NCBI GenBank assembly: GCA_963749075.1
Contig: CAVVLJ010000023.1
Span: 32,001 to 96,000 of the forward strand
Length of the DNA: 64,000 nt
Reading direction: 5' to 3'
Origin: an uncultured Pseudomonadota bacterium
GTDB lineage: Bacteria; Pseudomonadota; Alphaproteobacteria; JACZXZ01
A program made the translations under genes and the position numbers. The notes under the pieces were generated by a model. It saw only the letters and a program-made list of their open reading frames with translations, was not told the origin of the DNA and searched no databases. Every line of letters begins with the position of its first letter. The first letter of the stretch is position 1. Positions 33,288-43,414 of the stretch are shown here, one piece after another.

Positions 33288-34820
33288 TTAAGCCCCCAGC
33301 TCGAGATCCTGGAAGGCGATGATGCCATCCTGCGCGTGGACGAAGCCCTTCACTTTCGGGCTGAGCCCCTTGAAGTCCGAGCTGTAGTGCCAGGGCACAT
33401 AGACCGCGTCGTCGTTCATGAGCTCGGAGATCTTGCGGAAGACGCCGCGGCGGTCCGCCTCGCTCTTCGCCTCGCGCTCGCCCACGATGAGCGCGTCCAT
33501 CGCCGGATCGTCGTAGGCGTTGTACTTGGCGTAGGAGCCGGCGGATTGCAGCAGGATGGCGAGATATTGGTCCGGGTCCGGGCGATAGCCCCACCAGCCC
33601 TGCAGATCGACGGGCAGCGTGCCGGCGGCGAGCGTCGCGGTGTAGGCGGCCGAATCGATCTGATCGATCGCGATGGTGACGCCGAGCTCGGCGGCACTCG
33701 CCTGGAAGAGCTGCGCCGCGCGCTGCTTCACCGGATCGGGCTGGAGGGGCGCATGGATGGTGACGGGACCCAGTCCCGCTTCGCCGATCAGGCGCTTTGC
33801 CTTCTCCATGTCGTGCGTGAACGGCTTGTAACTGGCATCGTGGAAAGGACTCCCGGGGAGGATGCCGTCGTAGCCGATGGCGCCGGTGCCGAAGTAGGCG
33901 ACCTGGTGGAGCGCTTCGCGATCGATCGCCCACTGGAAGGCCTGGCGGAACTTCTTGTTCCGCCCGGGATAGGCCGCGTGAAGGTTGAAGCCGAAATATT
34001 CCCAGCGGAAGCCGACCTTCTCGGAAACCACGATCTCTTTCGATTCGCGCAAGCGCCGGATGTCCTGGAGCGGCAGCGCCTCGGCGATCTGCACGCCGTC
34101 CGAGCGCAGGGTGGCGAGGCGCGTGCTGTCCGTGGGAATGGAGCGCAGCACCACGCGCTCGAGGAGCGGCTTGCCGGCCACCCAGTAGTCCGGGTTCTTC
34201 TCGAGGACCGTCTGGTTGTCGCGGGAATAATCGGCGAGCTTGAAGGGCCCGGTTCCCACCGGATGCAGGCCGTAATCCAGGCCCCACTTCTGCAATGCGG
34301 CGGGCGAGGCGATGCAGCCGGAGACGTCGGTGAAGGGAAAGAGGAACGCCGCAAAGGGATATTTGAGCGTCATCTTCACGGTCAGCGCATCGAGCGCCTC
34401 GATGCGGTCGAGCGTCCTGATCTCGCCGCCGCGGATGGAGCCCACCTTGGGATCGCGGATGCGCTCGATGTTGTAGCGCACCGCCTCGGCGTCGAAGGGC
34501 GTGCCGTCCTGGAAGCGCACCCCTTGGCGCAGCTTGAGGAGGAAGGTCTTGTCGTCGGGCTGCTGCCACGATTCCACGAGCCCCGGCGCCAATCGCCCCT
34601 GCCGGTCGACGGTGAAGAGCGCGTCATGCACCGCCCGCGTCGCGGCACGTCCCTGGATATTGCCGGTGCGGTGCGGATCGAGCGTGAGCGGGTCGGCGAA
34701 GATCGCGACCGATATCGTGCCGCCCGGCTTGACGATGGCGGCGGCACTCCGCCGTAAGGGCAGCAGGCCGCCCAACGCGCCCGCGGCCGCAAGGCCCATG
34801 AGCTTGCGTCTTGTCACCAT
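33288..34820 (-). CDS. Tat-exported peptide/nickel ABC substrate-binding protein (family 5)
   Basis: TRRKLM signal; LDPH, LRQGVRFQDGTPFDAEAV, PVGTGPFKL. Confidence 0.9.
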   Translation of the reverse strand: MVTRRKLMGLAAAGALGGLLPLRRSAAAIVKPGGTISVAIFADPLTLDPHRTGNIQGRAATRAVHDALFTVDRQGRLAPGLVESWQQPDDKTFLLKLRQGVRFQDGTPFDAEAVRYNIERIRDPKVGSIRGGEIRTLDRIEALDALTVKMTLKYPFAAFLFPFTDVSGCIASPAALQKWGLDYGLHPVGTGPFKLADYSRDNQTVLEKNPDYWVAGKPLLERVVLRSIPTDSTRLATLRSDGVQIAEALPLQDIRRLRESKEIVVSEKVGFRWEYFGFNLHAAYPGRNKKFRQAFQWAIDREALHQVAYFGTGAIGYDGILPGSPFHDASYKPFTHDMEKAKRLIGEAGLGPVTIHAPLQPDPVKQRAAQLFQASAAELGVTIAIDQIDSAAYTATLAAGTLPVDLQGWWGYRPDPDQYLAILLQSAGSYAKYNAYDDPAMDALIVGEREAKSEADRRGVFRKISELMNDDAVYVPWHYSSDFKGLSPKVKGFVHAQDGIIAFQDLELGA

Positions 34821-35222
34821 GACTGCATCCTCTCCTGTCCGATTTTATCGTTGCCTGATTTCGTGCCGCCGCGCGTTTGCCCGCGCGTGAGGCCGAGCGG
34901 AACTGCTAGTCCCCCGCCGCAGCGCGTTCAACGAAAGATTTGGCGACGGGCCTTGCCCTAGCGCTGCTATCGCGAAGAAAGCGGCGGCGTCGCTCGCGGG
35001 CGCTGTGCGCGCGCCTCGGAAAAATCCAATGACGGGATCGATTTGCGCTCAGAGGCCACGGCCATCCATCACAGCGGAGTGCTGTCGATGGACACCCGGC
35101 TGACCCCTACGTTACATTGTGGCAATGCGTCCCCGGCGAAATCCCTCGAGCAGGCACCGCACCCGGCCTCCTTGCCGGCCCTCGCCGTCCTCGCTCGGGG
35201 TGCCTCGGCGCGAGCCTCGGTC

Positions 35223-36257
35223 ATGACGGAGCCGCGAGCGGCTGCGGCCGGCGAGGGCAGCCCGGTGCTCGAGGTCGACGACCTCTCTACGCACGTCTTC
35301 CTGCGTGGTGCCGTCGTGCGCGCGGTCGACGGCTTCTCCTGCAAGCTCGCCAAGGGCGAGACGCTCGGCGTGGTCGGGGAGTCCGGCTGCGGCAAGAGCA
35401 TGACGGCGCTCTCCATCCTGCGCCTCGTGCCCAATCCGCCCGCGCGCATCGTCCGCGGCGCCGTCCGCTTCCAGGGCCGCGACCTCCTGCCGCTCGCGGA
35501 AGCCGAGATGCGCAGGATCCGCGGCAACGAGATCTCGATGATCTTCCAGGAGCCGATGACCTCGCTCAATCCGCTGATGACGGTGGGGCGGCAGATCAGC
35601 GAATCGATCGTGCTGCACCAGGGCCTCTCGCGCCGCGATGCCTGGGAGAAGGCCGTCGAGATGCTGCGCCTGGTGCACCTCTCCGAGCCCGAGCGCCGGG
35701 CGCGCGATTTTCCCTATCAGATGTCGGGCGGCATGCGTCAGCGCGTGATGATCGCGATGGCGCTAGCCTGCAATCCCAAGATTCTCCTGGCCGACGAGCC
35801 GACCACGGCGCTCGACGTGACGATTCAGGCGCAGATCCTGCGCCTCATCGCGGAGCTCAGCGAGAAGCTCGGAACCGCGATCATGCTCATCACCCACGAC
35901 CTCGGCGTCATCGCCGAGCACGCCGACCGCGTGGCGGTGATGTATGCCGGACGGAAGGTGGAGGAGGCGGAGGTGGGCGAGCTCTTTGCGGCGAGCTGCC
36001 ATCCCTACACCAAGGGACTGCTCGCCTCGGTCCCGCGCGTCGATCGCGGGGCCGATGCCGTCGGCCGCCGCCGGCTGAGCGAGATCAAGGGCAGCATTCC
36101 GGGCCCCGACGATCTGCCGCCCGGCTGCCGCTTCGAGCCGCGCTGCCCCTTCGCCAGCGACGCCTGCCGCGAGGCCTATCCGCCGCTCGAGGAGAAGCGG
36201 CCGGGCCATTGGGCCGCCTGCTGGCATGCCGACCGCGTGCTTGAGGCCGGCGCATGA
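35223..36257 (+). CDS. Peptide ABC ATP-binding protein (DppD-like)
   Basis: [42 protein letters not shown]. Confidence 0.92.
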   Translation: MTEPRAAAAGEGSPVLEVDDLSTHVFLRGAVVRAVDGFSCKLAKGETLGVVGESGCGKSMTALSILRLVPNPPARIVRGAVRFQGRDLLPLAEAEMRRIRGNEISMIFQEPMTSLNPLMTVGRQISESIVLHQGLSRRDAWEKAVEMLRLVHLSEPERRARDFPYQMSGGMRQRVMIAMALACNPKILLADEPTTALDVTIQAQILRLIAELSEKLGTAIMLITHDLGVIAEHADRVAVMYAGRKVEEAEVGELFAASCHPYTKGLLASVPRVDRGADAVGRRRLSEIKGSIPGPDDLPPGCRFEPRCPFASDACREAYPPLEEKRPGHWAACWHADRVLEAGA

Positions 36258-37259
36258 GCGGGCCGGGCGTAGCCCCCGGCACCGCGAGCGCGCCGCCGCC
36301 GACGCTCGAGGTGCGCGACCTCGCCAAGCATTTTCCCATCCGCAAGGGCGTGCTCTCGCGCAAGTCGGGCGTCGTCCGCGCGGTCGACGGCATCTCGCTC
36401 TCGCTTCGCCGCGGCGAGACCCTCGGCCTCGTGGGCGAGAGCGGCTGCGGCAAGTCGACCGCCGGCAAGGCCATCCTCAAGCTGATCGAGCCGACGGGCG
36501 GCACCATCAAGCTCCTCGGCAGGGACATCACGCGGATGAGCAAGGCCGAGCTGCGCCCCCTCAGGCGCGAGATGCAGATGATCTTCCAGGACCCCTACTC
36601 GTCGCTCAATCCGCGCATGTCGGCGGGGGAGATCGTGGCGGAGCCGCTCGGCGTCCACCGCATCGCCGCAGGCCGCGAGAAGGCGGAGCGCGTGGCCGCG
36701 CTCTTCGAGCGGGTGGGGCTGCGCGCCGAGCAGATGGCGGATTTTCCCCAGCGCTTCTCCGGCGGCCAGCGCCAGCGCATCGGCATCGCGCGTGCGCTCG
36801 CCGTGGGCCCGCGGCTCATCGTCGCCGACGAGGCGGTCTCCTCGCTCGAACGTCTCGATCCAGGCCCAGGTGATCAATCTCCTCATGGACCTGCAGGACG
36901 AGTACGAGCTCTCCTACCTCTTCATCGCGCACGACCTCGCGGTGATCCAGCACATCAGCCACCGCATCGCCGTGATGTATCTCGGCCGCATCGTCGAGCT
37001 CGCCGACAAGCGGGCACTCTTCACAGCACCCCTGCATCCCTACACGGAGGCGCTGCTCTCCGCCTCGCCCGTTCCCAATCCGGCGGCGCGGCGGCGCGAT
37101 CAGATCATTCTCGCGGGCGAGGTGCCGAGCCCCATCACGCCGCCGAGCGGCTGCCACTTCCACACGCGCTGCCCCTATGCGCGCGAGGAGTGCCGCGAGG
37201 TGGCGCCGCTTTTGCGCGAGATCAGGCCCGGACATTGGGCGGCCTGCCACCTGCGCTGA
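36254..37259 (+). pseudogene. Peptide ABC ATP-binding protein (DppF-like) with a +1 frameshift at about 36849
   Basis: [24 protein letters not shown] then [11 protein letters not shown]...GCHFHTRC in a second frame; extra A in the expected CTCGACGTC (LDV). Confidence 0.88.
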
Positions 37260-37265
37260 GCTCTC

Positions 37266-38219
37266 TCAGGCGAGCGTCTCCGCCGGGGTGCGGGAGGCCG
37301 CGGCCGGCGCCGGGCCGGTCCGCTCGAAGCAGCCGAGGACCCAGTCGCGGAAGGCGAGCACGCGCTCCGAGCACTTCGCCTCGGTCATCAGAAAATAATA
37401 GCCCTTGGCCGTGGTCATGGCGGCGTCGAGCGGACGCACGAGCCGGCCCTCCCTCAAGAGGTCGTCCGTCAAAAGGTTCCAGCCGAGTGCGATGCCCTGT
37501 CCCCCGCAGGCGGCCTGGAGGAGGAGGGGATGGCTGTTCATCTTGAGGCTCACGTGGTCGGTGTAGCCGGTGATGCCCTGCTCGGCGAACCACACCGGCC
37601 AGTCGATGAGGTCCGGGCGGTCGTCGTCGATCGAGAGCAGGGTCTCGCCGAACAGCTGCTCGACGCTAGTGAGGTGCTGCCGCCCGCGGAGATAGGCGGG
37701 GCTGCACACCGGAAAGACGCGGCCCGGCAGCAAAAGCGTCGCCTTGAAACCCGGCCAGGGCCCGGTGCCGAAGGCGATGCCCGCGTCAACCTGGTCCGCC
37801 ACCTTTTGGAAGCCGCGGTCGGTCGCCACGATCTGCACCTCGATCTCGGGGTGGAGCGCTCTGAACCGGGGGAGGCGTGGGATGAGCCAATAGGTGGCGA
37901 CCGCGAAGGTGACGCCGATGGCGATGCCCACGGGCCAGCTGCCGCCACGCAGATCGTCGGCCGCGTTGGCGACGTGCTCGAAGGCCATGGCGGCGGCGCG
38001 GTAGAGGCGGCTGCCGGCCCGCGTGAGCTCGAGCCCTCGGTGGAGGCGCCGGAAGAGGGCGATACCGAGCTCGCGCTCGAGCGCGCGCACCTGCTGGCTC
38101 ACCGCCGCCTGGGTCACGCCGTGCTCCCGTGCCGCGAGCGTGAAGCTCGAATGGCGCGCCGCCGCCTCGAACATCAGCAGCGCCGAGAGCCGCGGAAGCC
38201 GGGTGAGAAGATCAGCCAT
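37266..38219 (-). CDS. LysR-family regulator (GcvA-like)
   Basis: [46 protein letters not shown]. Confidence 0.9.
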   Translation of the reverse strand: MADLLTRLPRLSALLMFEAAARHSSFTLAAREHGVTQAAVSQQVRALERELGIALFRRLHRGLELTRAGSRLYRAAAMAFEHVANAADDLRGGSWPVGIAIGVTFAVATYWLIPRLPRFRALHPEIEVQIVATDRGFQKVADQVDAGIAFGTGPWPGFKATLLLPGRVFPVCSPAYLRGRQHLTSVEQLFGETLLSIDDDRPDLIDWPVWFAEQGITGYTDHVSLKMNSHPLLLQAACGGQGIALGWNLLTDDLLREGRLVRPLDAAMTTAKGYYFLMTEAKCSERVLAFRDWVLGCFERTGPAPAAASRTPAETLA

Positions 38220-38536
38220 CGCCGTGCCAAGCCTCGCCACCGAAAGGGAACATCGCAGTATCGCACGAGCCGCATTGTGCGGGCGCGAAAACTCTATCTC
38301 GTAGCAGGCGCTTCGTCCAGCCGGCGCCCGCGTAGGCTCTCCATAGGGCCCCGTCCTACCGACCGTCAATGAGGTCAGGGGCGAGCTACGGGGTCTTAAG
38401 CACCGCAGCGCTGCTGTTGGAACGCTCATAGCGACGCGCATATTCGCAAGGACCTACGGAGCCACCCGCGCCGAAGTGGCGGTCAGCGTTGAGGATTGTT
38501 GCCAATGATGCTGGCTCATCGGGTCGAGCGGTGCAC

Positions 38537-38952
38537 CTACGGCAATGGGAACGAATGACGAAGTGACAGCCTGCGATCAATCGTTCGGATGAGTTGTACG
38601 TACGAGCCGTTCCGGATGTTCGGTACTCCTACATTTTTTGTCACCCAGATAGCGCCACCGGTCTGGGCCACCGTCCAAGTTGATATGCCACCCTCGGGAT
38701 CATCGATTTGAATTTGCCCGATCGGAAGCTTCACGGTCCTGGGAAATCTCAGCGATCGGTCAGCCGCTGAGTAGGTGCTAAAGCCCAAATGTTCCGAGAT
38801 TACCTCGAGAGTACCATCGACCTCGACGGCATCGACTCCAGCGCGGGATTGAAAAACTGACACAGTGAGCATCTGAATGTCGTGGGAACGAAGAGCAATG
38901 TCCCATTTGGCCAGCCGCTTGTTGGCGACCACGAGCACACTGCGCGGCACTA
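38537..38952 (-). pseudogene. 3' fragment of an unknown lower-GC gene, cut off by the IS
   Basis: Open frame VPRSVLVVANK...LRHSFPLP begins exactly at the IS left end; atypical codon usage. Confidence 0.55.
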
Positions 38953-39776
38953 GGGTCTGTACCCGCATAATGTCTTGAAAAAGTTGTCCGAATGTGATTC
39001 ACCGTGGTTGGAGGTGGATCATGCGGTTTGATTTGAGCGACGAGGAATGGGCGGTTCTTGAGCCGTTGATGCCGGGCCTTCGCAAGAAGGCGCGAGAGGA
39101 TGATCGCCGGATCATGAATGGCATCTTCTACGTGCTGCGCACCGGCATGCCGTGGCGAGATTTGCCGGAGCGCTATGGGCCTTGCACGACGGTCTACAAT
39201 CGCTTCAACCGCTGGTCTCGCCGCGGCATCTGGAAGCGGATTTTCGACGCGCTGGCCGCGACATCGCACGATAGCCTCTATCTGATCGACAGCACCATCG
39301 TGAAAGCGCATCGCGCGGCGAGCGGCGCAAAAGGGGGGAGAAAAATCAGGCGATCGGTATTAGCCGGGGCGGGCGCAGCACGAAGATCCATGCGGTCGTC
39401 GACGGCAAAGGCCGCCCGCTGAACTTCATCGTCACGGGCGCACAGGTCCATGACAGCCAAGTCGTCGAAGCGGTGCTGGACACGCCCAAGCCGCCCCTCG
39501 CCGTCGCGGCCGACAAGGCTTATGACAGCCAAAAGGTCCGCCAGCAGATCAGGGACGAAGGTGCCTTGCCCGTCATCCCCAGCCGCAGCAATGCCACCAA
39601 GAAAGCCTATTGTCCCAAGCGCATCTATCGCAGGCGCCACAAGATCGAAAATTACTTCTGCCGCATCAAGGATTGGCGGCGCATCGCAACCCGATACGAC
39701 AAGCTGGCCAGAAACTTCCTTGCCGCCGCAGCCCTCGTCGGAGCACTCTACTGGATCAAATTGTGAGTCCAGACCC
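38953..39776 (+). mobile_element. IS5-family insertion sequence (IS427-like group), 824 bp
   Basis: Imperfect terminal inverted repeats GGGTCTGTACCCGCA / TGTGAGTCCAGACCC, TA on both flanks, two overlapping transposase ORFs. Confidence 0.92.
39021..39766 (+). CDS. IS5-family transposase, probably expressed by -1 frameshift at AAAAGGGGGG (about 39329-39338)
   Basis: LSDEEW, LRTGMPWRDLP, IDSTIVKAHR; second frame STKIHAVVD, ADKAYDS, WRRIATRYDK. Confidence 0.9.
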
Positions 39777-39956
39777 TAATGGAAAGGGCGGCGAAGTGAG
39801 AATGAGATTCACCTTGCCTCGAGCTCGAGCTAGTTCGTGGTGACTAAGGGCATCTTCGATGGTCCCACTGATCATCTTACCGAGGTTAGTGCGGTATGCA
39901 CGTGTGACCTCTCCGTTGCGACGCTTAGCTTTCGGCCTTAGCGAACTCTCTGGCAA
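39777..39956 (-). pseudogene. 5' fragment of a beta-class amino (N4-cytosine-type) DNA methyltransferase truncated by the IS
   Basis: AYRTNLGKMISG...VNLILTSPPFPL matches the M.PvuII-like N-terminus and catalytic SPPF motif IV; TTG start with GGAG RBS. Confidence 0.8.
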
Positions 39957-40268
39957 GTGTCGCTCCGCGTAATAAGGTTATCCGATGGGGTGGGGCGGAC
40001 GGATCGTATCCGATATTTTTCAGGCGTCGACCGTAGTGGTGCTCGCGTACCTAGAATAGCATTGAGTAGGTTCTCGCAAAAGGGAGGGCGTTCATCAAGG
40101 CGCTGCTGGGTCGGGGCGAGCATGGGCCTCAGACGTTGTGGTTCGAGGAAGATCGATTTCGAGGAGACGAGTAAAGTGCCATGGGCCCGACGTGGGAAAT
40201 TGCCAATGTCGCACGCATGGTGGATGACCGGCAGGCGACGCGGGAAGCAGCATGAGCGTTGAAAAGCA

Positions 40269-40297
40269 TTGAGTTTACTGCCCGATTATCCTATTGT
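40269..40297 (+). promoter_or_regulatory. Sigma70-like promoter TTGAGT-N17-TATTGT
   Basis: -35 at 40269-40274, exact 17-bp spacer, -10 at 40292-40297, upstream of the two-gene operon. Confidence 0.6.
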
Positions 40298-40300
40298 CTA

Positions 40301-40315
40301 GAACAAATAAGGAAC
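40301..40315 (+). promoter_or_regulatory. Alphaproteobacterial LexA (SOS) box GAAC-N7-GAAC
   Basis: GAACAAATAAGGAAC, perfect consensus with an A-rich spacer, overlapping the predicted transcription start. Confidence 0.75.
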
Positions 40316-40413
40316 TCTGGTCCCTGCGAACACTATAGGTAGTGGCTATTATGGATTTCTTTCACAAAATGTGACAGGGTAAGATGCGGATGCGTCGGGC
40401 AAGGGGGACTGCG

Positions 40414-40647
40414 ATGCGAATAAAAATCACTAAGCGTGAGGAAGGATCGATTCCGTCGGAGACAGTCGTTACGATTCTGACGACGCGCGGACCGGAAGAA
40501 GTTGTCGTCCACGCCACCCAAGCGTCAGCGGCCAGTGTCGAGGCTGGTTATATCGGCGAGAAGGATGATCAGGTCCTGGTAGAACTTCCTCGCGAGACCC
40601 TCTCCGGTCGGTGGAGAGTGTGGGTGCCCAAAACAGCGGTCGCATAA
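40414..40647 (+). CDS. 77-aa hypothetical beta-rich protein
   Basis: RBS AAGGGGG; PSETVV...GPEEVVV...VELPRETLSGRWRVWV; 26 bp upstream of the dCTP deaminase. Confidence 0.75.
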   Translation: MRIKITKREEGSIPSETVVTILTTRGPEEVVVHATQASAASVEAGYIGEKDDQVLVELPRETLSGRWRVWVPKTAVA

Positions 40648-40673
40648 TCGGTTCAGCCCAGGGGAAGGGGCCG

Positions 40674-41210
40674 ATGATACTGACGGATCGTGAAATCCAA
40701 ATTTTCATCGCGAACAAACAGATTACGATCGATCCCGAGCCGTCGATAGATGCCTACAGCTCCACTAGCCTCGACCTCACCCTCGGTGAAAGGGGAGAAA
40801 TTTGGAAGGACCTGCCCGGTCAACCGATCCAACCCGATGCTAAGGGCTATAATTTCAGGCAATTGGCGGCGCGAAGAGACAAGGTTGCGCTGGACGGATT
40901 CCCCTTCAAATCGAAAGCTTTGCTCCTTGCGTGGACGCGTGAGACCGTAGACCTGCCTTATACGTCTCGCATCGCTGCCAGGGTCGAAGGCAAAAGCGGA
41001 TTGGCGCGCTTAGGAATGTTAATTCACATGACCGCGCCCACGATCCACGCGGGGTTCAAAGGCCAGATACAATTGGAAATGTACAACCTCGGCCCCTATG
41101 ACGTTATTCTCGACGCCGGCATGCCAATTTGCCAATTGATTTTTGAAATAACATTCGGAACGCCTGCAAAGGGCTATGTCGGCCAATTCGCGGGACAAGC
41201 GGCAAGATAG
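40674..41210 (+). CDS. dcd: dCTP deaminase (trimeric dUTPase fold), accessory-type
   Basis: MILTDREI, SLDLTLG, RVEGKSGLARLG, HMTAPTIHAGFKGQIQLEMYNLG, GMPICQLIFE. Confidence 0.9.
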   Translation: MILTDREIQIFIANKQITIDPEPSIDAYSSTSLDLTLGERGEIWKDLPGQPIQPDAKGYNFRQLAARRDKVALDGFPFKSKALLLAWTRETVDLPYTSRIAARVEGKSGLARLGMLIHMTAPTIHAGFKGQIQLEMYNLGPYDVILDAGMPICQLIFEITFGTPAKGYVGQFAGQAAR

Positions 41211-41543
41211 CAATTCAGCTACTCCAGCTTTCGCTTTCACATCGGCCCACCACCGTCCGGCCGGGAGCGTGCCCGGCCCACCCGCCTCCGGAAAGCCCTG
41301 CTTGGTCATGGACCCGCTCCCCATCTTTCATTGCAGCTGTCCCATTGCTGGGCTAGTGTCCCGGCCGCAAAGCGCCCCGTTGCGCGCCGATAGCGGGACG
41401 ATCCCGCTCCTCGATCGGCGAGCAGTCTCGGGTACGGACTCCCAGTCACGCGGCTCGGCAGGCTCAAGGCGCACGGGACTCGGTGCGGCGGCCAGGCGGC
41501 TTCGCTCAACGCGAAAGGCCCGCGATCTCGAAAGGAAAACGCA

Positions 41544-42548
41544 GTGCTCAAGCTCGGGTACAAGGCGTCGGCGGAGCAATTCGGGCCGCGCGAGCTCTTG
41601 AAGTTCTCCTGCCAGGCGGAGGCGTCGGGCTTCGACTCCGTCTTCGTCAGCGACCATTTCCAGCCCTGGCGCCACCACGGCGGCCACGCGCCCTATTCCT
41701 TCGCCTGGCTCGGGGCGCTCGGCGCCAGCACCTCGCGCGTCGTCCTCGGCACCAGCGTGGTGACGCCGACCTTCCGCTACCACCCCTCCATCGTGGCGCA
41801 AGCCGTGGGGACGCTCGCCGTGATGTTCCCGGGCCGCGTCATCCTCGGCGTCGGCACCGGCGAATCGCTCAATGAGGTGCCGGCCCTCGGCATGAAGTGG
41901 CCGGGCTTCAAGGAGCGCCACGGCCGGCTCAAGGAGGCGATCGAGCTCATCAAGCAGCTCCTCTCCGGCGAGCGCATCAGCTACGAGGGCGCTTATTATC
42001 GCACCGCCAATGCCACGATCTACGACCGCCCGGAGGCGCCGGTGCCGATCTACGTCGCGGCCTCGGGCCCGACCGCGGCCAAGCTCGCGGGCGAGGTCGC
42101 GGACGGCTTCATCTGCACGAGCGGCAAGGCGCCCGCCCTCTATAACGAGACGCTGCTGCCCAACGTCGAGGCCGGCCTCGCGGCCTCGGGGCGCGCCAAG
42201 GACGCCATCGAGCGCATGATCGAGATGAAGGTCTCGTTCGACCACGACCGCGCCCGCGCCATGGAGGCGACGCGCCATTGGGCGGCACTCGCCCTCTCGC
42301 CTGAGGAGAAGACGGGGGTCGAGGACCCGATCGAGATGGAGCGCCTCGCCGACGCGCTGCCGCTCGAGCGGGCGGCAAGCCGCTGGATCGTCTCGACCGA
42401 TCCCGAGGAGCACATCGAGAAGCTCAAGCCCTATCTCGATCTCGGCTTCAACCATCTCGTCTTCCATGCGCCCGGCCCCGACCAGGAGCATTTCCTCCGC
42501 CTCTATGGCGCCGAGGTGCTGCCTCGCCTGCGTCAGCGCTTCGGCTGA
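41544..42548 (+). CDS. fgd: F420-dependent glucose-6-phosphate dehydrogenase
   Basis: LKLGYKASAEQFGP, SDHFQPWRH.GGHAP, GTGESLNE, FICTSGK, MIEMKVS, FNHLVFHAPGPDQ. Confidence 0.92.
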   Translation: MLKLGYKASAEQFGPRELLKFSCQAEASGFDSVFVSDHFQPWRHHGGHAPYSFAWLGALGASTSRVVLGTSVVTPTFRYHPSIVAQAVGTLAVMFPGRVILGVGTGESLNEVPALGMKWPGFKERHGRLKEAIELIKQLLSGERISYEGAYYRTANATIYDRPEAPVPIYVAASGPTAAKLAGEVADGFICTSGKAPALYNETLLPNVEAGLAASGRAKDAIERMIEMKVSFDHDRARAMEATRHWAALALSPEEKTGVEDPIEMERLADALPLERAASRWIVSTDPEEHIEKLKPYLDLGFNHLVFHAPGPDQEHFLRLYGAEVLPRLRQRFG

Positions 42549-42643
42549 GCGGGCATCGCCGCCGCCCGTGCTTGCGTGCGGCCGAATTGCGCGACATGCT
42601 GCCGCCGCACGCGACCGCTGCTGAGGCTTGAGGCACGCCGCAG

Positions 42644-43414
42644 ATGGAACGCAACACGGTGAAGCTCGTGGCCGTGTCGGGGATGCCGCTCGTGGCGGCG
42701 GGCGACGATCTCGCGGCACTGGTGATCGCGGCGCTCGAGGCGGGCGGGCATGCCCCGGCCGACGGCGACGTGCTGGTGATCGCGCAGAAGGTGGTATCCA
42801 AGGCGGAAGGTCGCTATGTCGACTTGGCGTCGGTGCGGCCCTCGGAGCGCGCGCGAGAGCTTGCCGCGGCCGTCGACAAGGACCCGGCCATGATCGAGGT
42901 GGTGCTCTCGGAATCGCGGCGCGTGCTGCGCCACCGGCCGGGCGTGCTGATCGTCGAGCATCGTCTCGGCTTCGTCATGGCCAATGCCGGGATCGATCAC
43001 TCGAACGTGGAGCAGGGCGGGGGTCCGGGCCGCGTGCTCCTTTTGCCGCGCGATCCCGATGCTGCCGCCGAAGCGTTGCGCCAGCGCCTCGCCGGCCACT
43101 TCGGCACGGCGCTCGCGGTCATCGTCAGCGACAGCTTCGGGCGCGCCTGGCGCAACGGGACGGTGGGCGTGGCACTGGGTGCCGCCGGTCTGCCCGCACT
43201 CCTCGACCTGCGCGGCCGGCCCGATCTCTACGGCAATGCGTTGAGGGTGACGCAGACCGGCTTCGCCGACGAGATCGCCGCCGCAGCCTCGCTCCTCATG
43301 GGCCAGGCCGACGAGGGCCTGCCGGTCGTGCTCGTGCGCGGGCTCTCCTGGCAAGGTGCTGCGCTGCCGGCCGCGGCACTTGTGCGCAAGGCCGACGAGG
43401 ATCTCTTCCGATGA
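42644..43414 (+). CDS. cofE: Coenzyme F420-0:L-glutamate ligase (single domain)
   Basis: AQKVVSKAEGR, ANAGIDHSN, DSFGRAWRNG, DEIAAAASLLMGQADE. Confidence 0.93.
   Translation: MERNTVKLVAVSGMPLVAAGDDLAALVIAALEAGGHAPADGDVLVIAQKVVSKAEGRYVDLASVRPSERARELAAAVDKDPAMIEVVLSESRRVLRHRPGVLIVEHRLGFVMANAGIDHSNVEQGGGPGRVLLLPRDPDAAAEALRQRLAGHFGTALAVIVSDSFGRAWRNGTVGVALGAAGLPALLDLRGRPDLYGNALRVTQTGFADEIAAAASLLMGQADEGLPVVLVRGLSWQGAALPAAALVRKADEDLFR

Noticed and set aside
39957-40262. Short ORFs between the MTase fragment and the SOS promoter (possible controller protein)
   Set aside because: No HTH pattern or convincing RBS; treated as intergenic
40674-41210. Known anti-phage dCTP deaminase (AvcD type)
   Set aside because: No HxE/PCxxC zinc motif and no kinase-like domain; this is the trimeric dUTPase fold
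41353-41372. CTAGTGTCCCGG as a possible IS/MITE end at the island's right border
   Set aside because: No matching inverted partner or transposase found by eye
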